Shown here one piece after another: positions 40,634 to 51,900 of a DNA stretch of 64,000 nt. Made by a program: the position numbers and the translations under genes. Origin of the DNA: Vulcanimicrobiota bacterium (GTDB lineage: Bacteria; Vulcanimicrobiota; Vulcanimicrobiia; Vulcanimicrobiales; Vulcanimicrobiaceae). Under the pieces are notes generated by a model. The model was given only the letters and a program-made list of their open reading frames with translations. It did no database searches and was not told the DNA's origin. The stretch is from contig OY970223.1 of assembly GCA_963714015.1 (NCBI GenBank), positions 3,264,001-3,328,000 of the forward strand. The letters run 5' to 3'. Positions within the stretch are counted from its first letter, which is position 1. Each line of letters starts with the position of its first letter.

Positions 40634-41542
40634 ATGTTAGCAGCGGTTCGCCGGCCGACGTTCGACGACATGAACCTGTCCACGGGCAAGCGGGTTCGCT
40701 TGCATCGCCTGATGTACGAGCACGGCCCGGCAAACGGAACGCTGATGCTGCTTCCGATCGATCAGGGTCTGGAACACGGTCCGGTCGACTTTTTCGCCAA
40801 CCCCGAATCGATCGATACCGATTGGATCTACCGCCTTGCGGTCGAAGGCAACTTCTCCGGGATCGCGCTCCATATCGGGCTGGCGGAAAAATATCACAAG
40901 AACTATGCCGGCAAAGTTCCGCTGGTGCTCAAGGTAAACGGCAAGACGAACGTGCCGAACGACGATGAGTCGTTCAGCTCGCTCACATCGTCGGTCGAGG
41001 ATGCGGTACGACTCGGGGCGGACGCGGTCGGCTATACGCTGTACGTTGGAAGCCCTGCGCAAGACGTCGACATCGCACAATGCAACGAGGTGCGGCACGA
41101 ATGCGAAAAGGCGGGAATGCCGATGATCGTGTGGGCGTATCCACGCGGCACCGCCATCAAGGCCAAGGGCGGCATCGACTCACTCTACGCGATCGACTAT
41201 GCGGCGCGGGTTGCCTGCGAGATGGGCACCGACATCATCAAGCTCAACGTGCCCAAGTGGGACGCTGCAAGCGCAGACAAGATGCCGAAACCTTACAACA
41301 CGCTCGAGCTGTCTGAGCTCGATGGACTGCGCAAAGTCGTCAAATCCGCCGGCCGCTCGCTGGTCCTGGTCTCGGGCGGAAGCAAGATCAGCGACGACGA
41401 CACGCTTCATAAAGCGAAAATCGCCATGGAAGCGGGCTGCGTGGGGCTCATCTTCGGCCGTAACATGTGGCAGCGCGAATGGAACGATGCGGTGTCGGTG
41501 GCAAGTCGAATGCACGAAGTCATGAAGGACTATGGACAGTAG
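40634..41542 (+). CDS. fbaB: Class I fructose-bisphosphate aldolase (DhnA/FbaB type)
   Basis: 'LPIDQGLEHGP', 'VGYTLYVGS', 'WAYPRG', 'DIIK', 'SGG', 'GRNMWQR'; GGAG RBS. Confidence 0.9.
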   Translation: MLAAVRRPTFDDMNLSTGKRVRLHRLMYEHGPANGTLMLLPIDQGLEHGPVDFFANPESIDTDWIYRLAVEGNFSGIALHIGLAEKYHKNYAGKVPLVLKVNGKTNVPNDDESFSSLTSSVEDAVRLGADAVGYTLYVGSPAQDVDIAQCNEVRHECEKAGMPMIVWAYPRGTAIKAKGGIDSLYAIDYAARVACEMGTDIIKLNVPKWDAASADKMPKPYNTLELSELDGLRKVVKSAGRSLVLVSGGSKISDDDTLHKAKIAMEAGCVGLIFGRNMWQREWNDAVSVASRMHEVMKDYGQ

Positions 41543-41765
41543 CACAATCGAAGATCGCGTGAACGCCGCGCTGGACAAGGTTCGCCCGGGCATTCAAATG
41601 GACGGCGGCGAAGTTTGGCTTCTCAAAGTCGAGAACGGCACGGCGTTCGTGCAGATGCTGGGCGCGTGCGGCGGCTGCCCGGCTTCGAATATGACGCTCA
41701 AAGGCGCGATCGAACAAGTCGTCTGCGCCGACGTTCCCGAGATCAAAGAAGTCGTCCAAGTCTAA
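41532..41765 (+). CDS. NifU-like Fe-S carrier
   Basis: 'VRPGIQMDGG', 'GACGGCP.S.MTLK'. Confidence 0.92.
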   Translation: MDSSTIEDRVNAALDKVRPGIQMDGGEVWLLKVENGTAFVQMLGACGGCPASNMTLKGAIEQVVCADVPEIKEVVQV

Positions 41766-41819
41766 CTCGCTAACAAAACGGCGCCCGCTTACGTTTCCGG
41801 CACAATGAGGTACGGAGTT

Positions 41820-42257
41820 ATGAAGAAGTATCTGGTCGCCGCCGCCGTCGTTGCGGCCTTCGGCTTGGGAGCATTGACCGTCAAGGCCCAGGATCAAGCG
41901 CCCGCCGCCGTCAGCGCAGGGCAGGCTTTCTCGCAAATTCAGCCCGACATGCAGGGCATGGTCACGCAGCCGATCACGCATTCGGCTGCCGGCGACGTGC
42001 TGGCCGCGTACATCGGTCACGCGCCGCGTCAGGTCTACCACAAACAGGACGAACTGATCTACGTGATCAGCGGAAACGGTACGGCCGCCGTCGGCTATCC
42101 CTCGTATCCGATCGGCCCAGGTTCGGTGCTCTCGATTCCGCGCAGCACGTCATTCGAAATCACGGCCGCCGGCCGCTCCCCGATCAAAGCGATCGTCATT
42201 GCATCCCCTCAAAACGATCCATCGGACAAACAAATCCTCGACCAACCCGCTCAGTAA
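41820..42257 (+). CDS. Secreted cupin-domain protein
   Basis: Signal peptide; 'YHKQDELIYVISGNG', 'GSVLSIPR'. Confidence 0.75.
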   Translation: MKKYLVAAAVVAAFGLGALTVKAQDQAPAAVSAGQAFSQIQPDMQGMVTQPITHSAAGDVLAAYIGHAPRQVYHKQDELIYVISGNGTAAVGYPSYPIGPGSVLSIPRSTSFEITAAGRSPIKAIVIASPQNDPSDKQILDQPAQ

Positions 42258-42604
42258 TTTTCCGCTTCGTCATCCCGGCAACGCGAAGCTTAGTACGTCA
42301 TCGCTTTCGGCGTCGCTTTGCGTACGAACAACCGAGATCCGTTGATTCGTCGACATCTCGGTGTCTGTGGTTCGCGGAACGTCAAGCGGCAACGTGGCAG
42401 CGCATCTGCCGACACAAGACCATCACGCTTGCTCAAGGCAACGCCGCATAATATATTGCGCACAGGACTACGCTGCTCCGAGAATTTCCCCGAAAATCGG
42501 CGCGAGCTCGACGACCGTCATCGAGAACGGCTTGCTTCACTCACTTGCGAGCCGCATGTCGGGCTAAATCGGAACTGCCGACCCAACCGGATCATCTGCA
42601 GAAT

Positions 42605-42994
42605 TCACCGCCGCAGCGCGGACACAACGAAGCATCCGCGATAATTTTCCGTGGTTCTACCCATGTAGCGGAGAACTAAGTCGACGTAGTGAGTGCCCCG
42701 GGACAGCTTAGGAACCCTTAAACTGAAGCCTTCCATGCGGGAAATCCCTTTGAAGGAGAATTCAATCGGTCGCCGATCGTCAAGTTGAAATGCCAATAAC
42801 AAACCATCGGTGCCTCGATCGATGGATGCCCATCTCGCGTTCGGTGTGTCAAACGCGATCACACCAACCCAGTCTCTTGCAACGACACGCGACTTAAGAT
42901 TGAATTGTGGAACGTCTGAAGTGTTAAAAGTATGTACGATGCTACAGTCTGATGCCGTCACTGCGGTTTTGCATACGGCTTCGGAAAGAAGCAT
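42605..42994 (-). CDS. Hypothetical protein in low-GC island
   Basis: 129-aa ORF, frame open further upstream; no motif recognised. Confidence 0.45.
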   Translation of the reverse strand: MLLSEAVCKTAVTASDCSIVHTFNTSDVPQFNLKSRVVARDWVGVIAFDTPNARWASIDRGTDGLLLAFQLDDRRPIEFSFKGISRMEGFSLRVPKLSRGTHYVDLVLRYMGRTTENYRGCFVVSALRR

Positions 42995-43394
42995 TAAAGC
43001 AACGGCGCAGGTCTTCCTAAGGAGTGCCCGTCCAGGGACGGGTAGCCTCTCCTTGAATATGTTATGTCGAGCATCAGCATTGGTAATTGGTTGAAAAAGC
43101 TTGTTTCAAACACAAACTTGCGGCTTTTAAAGGGCATCGTGTGAGCCAATCACGATCGACGCTGACCGAGCAAGAGATCAACCGGCGTCCGGGACTCGCT
43201 TTTCTCTGGTTGGCCATTTAGTTGGTGGGCCGTACCGAAGGTAATTTCGTGGGATTAAGCATTGTTATGTCGCCTTGGTTGTCATTGATCTAGCCCCATT
43301 CGCTAGGCCGCTTCAAATTGTGGCGTAGTGTTTTGGGTCGAAAAAATGGACTTGACCCATTCGTTAGGCCAGCGGCCGTTGTGAGATTCACCGC

Positions 43395-44236
43395 CTAGCT
43401 CGCTATTTTCGCCGACAGGGCATAGGCTTTCGGCGTTTGGTTGGCCAGCGATCGATGCGGACGAATCTCGTTGTACTCGCGTCGCCACGCTCGCGCGGCT
43501 CTCCGAGCGTCTTCTAGGGTATCAAACCACGACGTGTTGAGCAACTCTTTGCGTACGCTCGCATTGAACGACTCCACGAACGCGTTGTCCGTCGGTTTTC
43601 CGGGTCGGGAGAAATCGAGTTCGATGCCGATTGTTGTACGCCCACTGATCGAGCGCTTCGGCGGTGAATTCCGTGCCTTGATCGCAGCGGATCGCCGTTG
43701 GAGCGCCGCGCTTGACGACGATGCGATCCAGTATCCGTACGACGTCGGCAGCTTTAAAGCCAGGAGCGACCTCGATGCGCGAGGCATTCGCGCGTGAAGA
43801 TGTCGACGACGTTGAGCAAGCGGAATTTGCGCCGTTGTTCGCCTTTGAGCGTGTCATGCATGAAATCCATGCTCCATACTTGATTTGGTACCGTTGGCGA
43901 CAAGACGAATGCGCTGCGCCGCCGACCGCCGCCGGCGTTTCGGTCCTTTGGCGCGTAAATTCAGGCCTTCCTGCGTGTACAGGCGTGCGACGCGCTTGGC
44001 GTTGACCTTCCAGCCTTCGCGTCGCAAGAACACATGAATGCGCCGATACCCGTACCGAACGCGCGCGGCGGCAATCTCTTTGATGCGTTCGCGCAGCACC
44101 TCGTTCAGCGCATTGCGTTTGGGCGGTATTGCAGCGATGCGCGATTGAATCGTAGCGCCGCGCTGACGCGCCGCTGGCTCACGCCAAACTGTTCTTGCAC
44201 TTCGCCGGCGAGCTCGCGCTGCTTGGCCGGCTTCAG
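43395..44236 (-). pseudogene. IS3 transposase OrfB (several frameshifts)
   Basis: 'RYGYRRIHVFLRREGW.VN.KRV.RLY', 'IRCDQGTEF', 'PGKPTDNAFVESFN', 'YNEIRPHRSL' spread over three frames. Confidence 0.88.
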
Positions 44237-44499
44237 AGTTTTTTTGAGAGCACGTCCTGCAACATCGCCTTGTCGAGCGAGAGATCGGCGACCAGGCGTT
44301 TGAGCCGCGTATTTTCATCGCGCAGTTCGTTCATCTCGCGAATCTCGCTCGTGCCGAACTGACCGTATTTTTTCTTCCAGAGGTGAATCGTGTTCTCGTG
44401 CACACCGGCTTGGCGCGCGAGCTGCGCTATCGGAATGCCGGATTCGGCCTTACGCAAGACCGCGGCGATCGATTCGGGCGAGTGGCGTTTGCGTGCCAT
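44233..44499 (-). CDS. IS3 transposase OrfA
   Basis: HTH 'GVHENTIHLWKKKYG', 'LRDENTRLKRLVADLSLD'; A7C slippery site at 44238-44245. Confidence 0.92.
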   Translation of the reverse strand: MARKRHSPESIAAVLRKAESGIPIAQLARQAGVHENTIHLWKKKYGQFGTSEIREMNELRDENTRLKRLVADLSLDKAMLQDVLSKKL

Positions 44500-44754
44500 G
44501 GGGACCTCCGTTCGGCGAGCCGATTAGCCGGCTCGAAATTGTGGTCCCGCTGGCCTAGTTTTTGGGGAGCCCACCATGAGGGCGTCATGCGGCAACGCGG
44601 AACTCTTCGTCGGCAGTCTACCAAACGAATCGTTCTACCGGATGAGGTGTGGACATCGGCCCGCGCACGACGGGATGGTCGTGTAAGCGCTCACATAGTT
44701 CAAAATGGTACGCCGTATCAAACGTCTTGAGAGGCTCCGCGGGCGCCACGTCGG

Positions 44755-45463
44755 TTATAACCCCTGCGAATTTCGCTGCGGAAGCGGCTCTAGAAAAAGA
44801 AGCAGTCTACTCAACTGCGCCTCAAGCTGCTCGACGGGATCCCAGTCAGAAGGCGGCTCCGTGTCAATGTACCAAGGGCAGCCGTTATTGATCCATTCCT
44901 CGCGGTATAATGAAAACGTATATCCAAAAAGAACATCGGTCACCCCAAATTCGAAACCGCAGCCTGGGGCATAATTCTTCGGAGCCTCGCGCACCGTTGT
45001 ACGGCGGAAGCCTGAGCCCTTTGTAGTGGCAAACGGGGCATACATAAGAGGTACCAGCACTGTCAAACGTCCGCTTAGCCGCCGGCGCCTGGGTTTGTTC
45101 GCGCGTTCTATACCTTTGTAGGCTCTCACGCGACCTTGGCCCCAGAAACTGCGCTAGTTCCATAGATCGATATTCATCGATGTCTTCCAAGGGCTCGATC
45201 ATTTCTATCTCGATGAGATCCCGAATGTTGTCGTCGCCCTTAGCTAACGCTTTTTCCACCACACCGAATATGCGACTAGTTACATCGACATTTTCCGCTT
45301 TCCACGACTCTGCTGCAAAGGCAAGCAATCTTGGGACAAGGCTATACCCTTGAGCCGTCATGCCCCACTTGCCTATATGTGCCCGAAACGTATCGCCAAA
45401 CTCGGGAATCTGAGATGCAATTAGCTGCCGAAGCTGAACCGGGCCTATTTCATCGTCGTTCAT
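44755..45463 (-). CDS. Fused immunity-like protein: helical domain + CPxC...CPxC Zn-ribbon domain (indel ~44967)
   Basis: 'IFGVVEKALAKGDDNIRDLIEIEMIE..LGPRS' then 'YVCPVCHY..PPY..EELCP/GCGFEFG..WINNG.PW..PPSDWDPVEQL'. Confidence 0.6.
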
Positions 45464-45557
45464 TTTATATCACGTTTTAAAGGTTCGAATTATTTCGTTG
45501 AAACGTGCTACTTGCAAATCGTGGCATCAATGATCACGAATTGCCTGCCTTAGGTCC

Positions 45558-45968
45558 CTATAGTGACGCCGATCCGATTTGGTGCAGATTTACAGCCACG
45601 ATCTCGTCAGCACCCAAAAGTGGCCCCGACGTTGAATAGAAGGCGCAAGGATGAGTGGCCTTCCCGGCGATGCAATCCGGACCTTCCCAGTACAGAACGG
45701 CCACACGCGTTTTTCCCGGGACAAACGTCGGTGGGAACGTGTCGCACATACGCTCGCTCGATACGGCCGGAGCGAACATCGTCGGCACGTCCTTGTACGT
45801 ACTCGCCGAACTGCTATCACATTGGAACGGTACACCGTTTACCGTAGTCCTATCGGACAGAAAATAATAGGCTCGCTTTCCAGTCGATGGATCTAGCAGA
45901 GTAGCGCTCAAAAATCCCCGTAGCGACCGAAATGTCCGCGAATTGGCAGGTCGTCGCGTAATAAACAC
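45558..45968 (-). CDS. Hypothetical protein
   Basis: 136-aa ORF with four Cys; lower GC. Confidence 0.4.
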   Translation of the reverse strand: MFITRRPANSRTFRSLRGFLSATLLDPSTGKRAYYFLSDRTTVNGVPFQCDSSSASTYKDVPTMFAPAVSSERMCDTFPPTFVPGKTRVAVLYWEGPDCIAGKATHPCAFYSTSGPLLGADEIVAVNLHQIGSASL

Positions 45969-46025
45969 ATCGACACTCGGTGATGCCTGCGTTCTAATCG
46001 ACGCATGTTGGCTTTCGTGTAGGGA

Positions 46026-46859
46026 CTACAATAACGGTGGTGCCGAGTGAAGCCAGGCTCTGTCTCCGCGTTCGGCGGCCAGGCGCTGACGGACGGCGGC
46101 AATTAATGGCAAACCTTTCAGCTGGGCGCGAGCGCTCGCAAGCGCTTCTGCCTGGCCGGCGTCTCCGCCGCTCCAGACCTCTTGCGCGAGTTGCGGCCAC
46201 AGACAGACGCTGCCGGAGATGCAGCCGGCGAATCCGTGCGTGCGCGCCGTCAGCAGATGCTCTTCCGATCCGGGATAGATCGCGAGCGACGGAAAGCGAT
46301 CGTGTAGAGCAATCTCGAAATCCGCATCGTTCGAACTGTCTTTGACGCCCGCAATCTCGTTCGGAAACTCCGATACGAGGCGGTCGATCAGATCGATCGT
46401 AAACGTGATGCCGCTCATGCGAGGGAAATTGTAGAGCAGCAAGCTGTTCGCGGGTGGACGAACTGCGTCGATGAGCGCCGCGAAAAAACGAACGATTCCG
46501 CTGTCCGTCGCGTCGCGATAATAAAACGGCGGAATGATCAGCGCTCCGGCAAAGCCCAGATCGAATGCCGCTCGTGTAAGACGAGTCACGTCGCCCAGCG
46601 CGCAGGCGCCCGTGCCGACGATAAGGCGTTCGCCGGGGATGCCGCTCTGGCCCAAGGCTTGCATGAATGCAAGCCGATCGTCCAGACCGATAGAAACGCC
46701 CTCGCCGGTCGTACCCAGCAGGTTCAAGCCGTCGCAGCCGCTCTCCAAGAGCTCGCGGTAGTACGGAATCGCACGCGCTGCGTCGGGTCGCCCGGCTCGG
46801 TCGAACGGCGTAATCGTCGCAGGCACGACGCCCCGAATCGCAAACGCCTTCGTAATCAT
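46026..46859 (-). CDS. DHDPS/NAL-family aldolase
   Basis: 'LGTTGEG', 'PPFYY', 'LYNFP', Schiff-base 'GVKDSS'. Confidence 0.9.
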   Translation of the reverse strand: MITKAFAIRGVVPATITPFDRAGRPDAARAIPYYRELLESGCDGLNLLGTTGEGVSIGLDDRLAFMQALGQSGIPGERLIVGTGACALGDVTRLTRAAFDLGFAGALIIPPFYYRDATDSGIVRFFAALIDAVRPPANSLLLYNFPRMSGITFTIDLIDRLVSEFPNEIAGVKDSSNDADFEIALHDRFPSLAIYPGSEEHLLTARTHGFAGCISGSVCLWPQLAQEVWSGGDAGQAEALASARAQLKGLPLIAAVRQRLAAERGDRAWLHSAPPLL

Positions 46860-47808
46860 CGCGAGAAAGCGCCCTTCAGCACGAATGCAAGATTCGCGGG
46901 ACGCTCCGCCAAACGGCGCATCAAATACGGAAACCAATAGTCGCCGAACGGAATGGCGAGCCGCACGCGATAGCCGCGTTCGACCAAATCGCGCGCTTGC
47001 GGTGCGGCGATTCCGTACAACATCTGAAACTCGAACCGCCCGCGCAGCGGAAGCGCGCGTTCCTTCGCAAACGCGCAAATCGCCGCAATAATCGCGGGGT
47101 CGTGCGTCGCCACGGCAACATAGCAGCCGCCGTCCAGCGCTTCTTGCACCATCCGCACGTAATTGGCGTCCACGTCGCTCTTGCGCGAATACGCGATGGC
47201 CGGCGGCTCCAAGTATGCGCCCTTCACGATGCGCAAATTCGGGCGCAAGGGCAGCAGCGCGCGCAAATCATCCAGCTTCGGAACAAATACGCCTGAAGCA
47301 CGCACCCGGCCGCGTCGGTCTGTTCGCGCAGCCGGCGGTAAATCGAGAGCGTCGCGTCGACATAGCGCGCCTGCTCCATGTCCAAGCGCATCGTATTTCC
47401 CAGCCGCTCGGCCGTCTGCGCCACTTCCAGCGCGTTCCGAAACGCTAGATCGCGCTCTATGTCCAGCCCCAAGTGCGTGAGTTTGAACGCAACGTTTGCG
47501 TCGATTCCGTCCCTGGCGAATGTTTCCAACAGATCGCAATAACGCCGGGCCGCCGCGGCGGCGCCCGCGGGATCGTCAACGCCTTCGCCTAGGATACCCG
47601 CTGCGACGGCAAACCCTCGAGCATTGGCCGCTTTCGCGGCGGTGAGAAAATCCTCGAGCGTATCTCCGGCGACAAAGCGCTTTGCGCCGAGGCGATCGCC
47701 GTAACGCTTCACCGCGCGTTGCACAATCGTGCTTTCGGCGGCGGCCAAAATCGCCGCGCGCAGCGGCTTGTCCAGAACGTTCAGTGGGAGCAGCGGGCGC
47801 AGTACCAC
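46856..47808 (-). CDS. Monofunctional proline dehydrogenase (frameshift ~47282)
   Basis: 'RFVAG', 'KLTHLGL', 'RLDME', 'LQAYL' then 'RIVKGAYLEP', 'ATHD', 'EFQMLYG', 'YLMRRLAERPAN'. Confidence 0.92.
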
Positions 47809-48008
47809 ACGACCGCGCCTTCATGCGTGACCGGCACCATGTGCTCGCGATTGCCGCGCCGGCCGCAGCTCGCGCAGGAGTACGTTTTTCCGAATGCCCC
47901 TTGCGCCGGTGCCGGTTGGCGCAACGTGTAGTACGCGACGACAACGATGACGATGAGCACCGTGAGCGGCGCCCACGCGAAGAAGAGTGTGATGATCTCG
48001 CCAGTCAT
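47781..48008 (-). CDS. Small membrane-anchored Zn-ribbon protein
   Basis: GGAGG upstream; TM segment then CASC...CARC. Confidence 0.65.
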   Translation of the reverse strand: MTGEIITLFFAWAPLTVLIVIVVVAYYTLRQPAPAQGAFGKTYSCASCGRRGNREHMVPVTHEGAVVWYCARCSH

Positions 48009-48071
48009 GCGGATAGCATTGGCCTCCCCGGCGCACCGGTCCTGGAAGCAGCCTGCCGCCCGCGCGCAGTC

Positions 48072-48947
48072 CTACCGCATGCGGCGGTAGATCGGGAACA
48101 CCTCGTCGACTTTGCGGAACGCGCCTTCGTGAGGCGTAGCGTGCAGCGACTCGGCGGACGAGAGGCACAGAAAGCCGAACCGGCTCAGACTCTGCAGCAG
48201 CAGATTGTGGACCCGGTACTGAAGCGTCTTGTTGAACTGCGTCAGCACGCCGCGCGCAATGATGCATTGAAATTCGTTGAGCGACGCGTCGGTCGCCAGG
48301 CTGTGGCTCGAAAAAATGATCTGCCGCTGCACCGAAGGAGCGAACCGCGCTGCGCCGTCGCTGTATTCGCAGATGTCCGCTAAGGTCGAGCGTCCGCCGC
48401 TGAGCCGGTAGTCGTTGGCGAACTCTTCGAGCGCTCCCACGTGGAATAGACCGTTGCGAGCCTGCGCGAGCGCGATGTCGCTCAGATCCGTCGCATAGAT
48501 CATGCAGCGCTCCAGCATGCCCTCTTCCTGCAGAATTGCGGCCACGCTGAAGACGTCCTCGCCCGTCGCGCATCCCGGCACCCAGATGCGCACGAACGAG
48601 TACGTGCGCAAGAAGGGAATCACGCGCTCGCGGAATGCTTTGAAGTACTCGGGCGCTCGAAACAGACGATTCGCCGTATGCGACATTGCAAAGACGAACC
48701 GTCGCAACGCATCGCCGTCGTGCAAAATCCGCTCCTGCAGCCCGGAGATCGTTTCGACGCCTTCGGCGCGCATACGGTCGATCACGCGCCGTTTGAGCAG
48801 ACCCGGCGCGTAGTCGCGAAAGTCGTAGCCGCCCCAGCGCAGCAGCGCTTCGAGCAGCAACGAGAGTTCGACCGACGAACGTTCGTCACCGCGTTCGGGT
48901 GGAGAAACCGCCGGGGCCGGCGCTTCGCCGATTATCGATTCAACCAT
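48072..48947 (-). CDS. CheR-type methyltransferase (divergent)
   Basis: 'GYDFRDY..LKRRV', 'LFR', '[12 protein letters not shown]', 'IYATDLS', 'GFLCL..ESL'. Confidence 0.88.
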   Translation of the reverse strand: MVESIIGEAPAPAVSPPERGDERSSVELSLLLEALLRWGGYDFRDYAPGLLKRRVIDRMRAEGVETISGLQERILHDGDALRRFVFAMSHTANRLFRAPEYFKAFRERVIPFLRTYSFVRIWVPGCATGEDVFSVAAILQEEGMLERCMIYATDLSDIALAQARNGLFHVGALEEFANDYRLSGGRSTLADICEYSDGAARFAPSVQRQIIFSSHSLATDASLNEFQCIIARGVLTQFNKTLQYRVHNLLLQSLSRFGFLCLSSAESLHATPHEGAFRKVDEVFPIYRRMR

Positions 48948-51900
48948 ACACGCAACAGCGAGATTAAATGGTCCGTATCGACGGGTTTGCTGATGTATTC
49001 GGAAGCGCCCGCCGCGATACAGCCTTCGCGATCGCCCTTCATGGCCTTGGCCGTGAGCGCGATGATGGGCAAATCGCGGAATGCCGGATTGGCGCGGATG
49101 CGGCGAATCGTCTCGTAGCCGTCCATTTCCGGCATCATGATGTCCATGAGAACCAGGTCGATCTCCGGGTCGCTCTCCAGGCGGTCGATCCCGTCCTTGC
49201 CGCTTTCGGCCGAAACCACGCGCAGGTGATGGTTCTCCAGGGCAGCGGAAAGGGCAAAGATGTTGCGCGAGTCGTCGTCGACGATCAGGACCTTGCGCCC
49301 GTCCAGCGACGCCGTCCCGAGTGGCGGGATTTCGGAAGCGCGCTTGGCCGCCGGCAGCCTCGATTCGACCTGGTGCAAGAAGAACCGGGTTTCGTCGAGC
49401 AAGCGTTCCGGCGACATCGCATCCTTGATGATGACCGCTTCGCTCAATTTGTTGATCTTCGCCTCCTCCGTGCGATCCAGTTCGCGGCCGGTGTAGACGA
49501 TGATCGGCGTGCGCGCGTGTTCGCGGTGCGACCGGATGCGCGAGATGAGTTCGTCTCCGGCGAGATCGGGCAAGCCCAAATCCACGACGATACAATCGAA
49601 CTTGCCGCCGTCGAGTGCCTCGAGCGCTTCGGCGGCGCTGCGAACGGCGGTAATCGCCACCTCACCGCTGCCGATGAGGCCGACCATCGCATTGAGTTGC
49701 GTAAGATCGTCTTCGATGACGAGCACGCTCTTGGTGCGAGGCTCGGCGAACCCGAGCAAATTGTCGAACGTCTGCGTGAGCGTCTCTTCCGTGACGGGCT
49801 TGCGCAGATGCGCTATGGCGCCCGCGTCCAATGCGCGCTGCCACTGTTCCTCGCCCGAGATGACGTGGATCGGAATATTGCCGGTATTCGGATCTTCTTT
49901 CAATTCGGCGAGCAGACTCCAGCCGTCGGTATCCGGCAAGCCGATATCGAGCGTAATGGCATCGGGCAAGTGTTTGCGAGCCAGATCGATGCCTTCCGCG
50001 CCGCTCCTGGCGACGATGCCTTTGAATCCGCGGTCGCGCGCCAGTCCCAGGAGAATGCGCGCGAAGATCGGATCGTCTTCGATGATCAAAAGGACGCGAT
50101 CGGTACTCTCGATGCCTTGCCGGTCGTCGCGCACGACTTCGTAGCCCGCGGGCATCGAAACTTCGCGCGTGAGTGCCGGGCGGCTCGCCCGGGCCTTCAA
50201 GATGTCGGCCGCAGCCGACGACCGCACTATCGAAGACGGCGCGTTGCGTTCAAGCGGATGGAATAACGTGAACGTGCTGCCCTCGCCGAGCGTCGACTCG
50301 ACGCCGATCTCGCCGCCGAGCAGTCCCGCAATTTCGCGGCTGATTGCCAGACCAAGGCCGGTGCCGCCGAATTTACGCGACGTTCCCATGTCCGCCTGTT
50401 GGAACGCTTCAAAGATGACGTTGAACTTGTCGGGCGGGATGCCGATACCGGTGTCCTGCACCGAGAACGCGATCGCCGGACCTTGTATCGACGACAAATG
50501 GTGCTCTCGCATCAACGAGACGTCAAGCGTTACGCATCCGTCGATCGTAAACTTGAACGCGTTCGAGAGCAGGTTCTTGAGGATCTGCTGCAGGCGGGTC
50601 GGGTCGGTAGCAAGGTTTTCCGGGACGTCGTCGTGGCGCCGAATCACGAACTCGAGGTTCTTGTCCTTCGCGATTTGATCGAACGTGCGGATAACGTCGT
50701 CCTCGATCGCGTCGAAGCTCACTTCTTGCAGATCGATGGACGTGGTCCCCGATTCGATCTTCGAAAGGTCCAGAATGTCATTGATCAGCGTCAGCAGGTC
50801 GCTTCCGGCAGCGCGAATCGTCTGCGCGAATTCCACCTGCTTGGACGACATGTTGCCTTCGGGATTATCGGCCAGCGACTTGGAGAGAATCAGCAGCGAG
50901 TTGAGCGGCGTGCGCAACTCGTGCGACATGTTGGCCAAGAACTGCGATTTGTATTTGGACGTAAGCGCCAGCTGCTCGGCCTTCTTCTCCAGTTCCTGAC
51001 GCGCTTCGTCGATCTCGCGCGTGCGGCGCTCGATCTCTTCGTTGCGTTCCTGCAGCAGGCGGGCTTTCTCTTCGAGCTCGTCGTTCGTCTGCTGCAGCTC
51101 CATCTGCTGGCTCTGCAGTTCCGACGTCAGCGACTGCGACTGCTTGAGCAGTTCTTCGGTGCGCATCGACGCGGCGATGGTGTTCAGAATGACGCCGATG
51201 GACTCGGTCAGCTGTTCGAAGAACTGAAGTTGGATCTCGCTGAAGCGATCGACCGAAGCCAGCTCGATCACGGCCTTGACGTCGCCCTCGAAGAGCACCG
51301 GCAGCACGATCAGCGAGAGCGGAGGCGTTTCTCCCAGTCCCGAGTTGATCGTCATGTAGTCGCCCGGCACTTCGGTCAGCAGCACGCGCTGCTTCTCCAG
51401 CAGCACCTGACCGACGAGTCCCTCGCCTTCGCGAATCGTGCGCTGGGCGAACTTCTTGCGGTTGAGCGCGTAGCTCGCCACCAGACGCAGCATCTCCTGA
51501 TTGCCGATGGGCTCGTTCAGATAGAAGGCGCCCGCGTGAGCATTCACCAGCGGCGCGATCTCCGACATGATCAACCGGCTGACCGTCCGGATGTCGCGCT
51601 GTCCTTGAAGCATGGCCGTGAAGCGCGCCAGATTCGTCTTCAGCCAGTCTTGTTCGGTGTTCTTTCGCGTCGTGTCGCGCAGGTTCTGAATCATCTCGTT
51701 GACGTTGCGCGTCAGTTCCGCAACTTCACCGCGGGCTTCGACCTCGACCGCGCGCGAGAGGTCACCCTTGGTGACGGCGGTGGCGACTTCGCCGATTGCG
51801 CGAATCTGCGACGTAAGCTGCTCGGCCAGCTGGTTGACGGAATCCGTGAGATCTTTCCACAGACCGGCCGCGCCGGGAACCTGGGCTTGTCCGCCGAGTT

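Larger units (their letters stand above)
43347..44576 (-). mobile_element. IS3-family insertion sequence (~1.23 kb)
   Basis: Imperfect terminal IRs TGGACTTGACCCATTCGTTAGGCCAGCGG / TGGTGGGCTCCCCAAAAACTAGGCCAGCGG; orfA + orfB; no target duplication seen. Confidence 0.92.

Noticed and set aside
42258..42604. ncRNA or gene in the intergenic stretch (ACCGAGAT/ATCTCGGT stem)
   Set aside because: One short stem and weak ORFs without RBS or motifs; not enough support
45554..46027. Inverted repeat GTCCCTATA / TGTAGGGAC flanking the 136-aa ORF as a cassette or MITE
   Set aside because: Only 8 of 9 bp, overlaps stop codons, no duplication; could be chance
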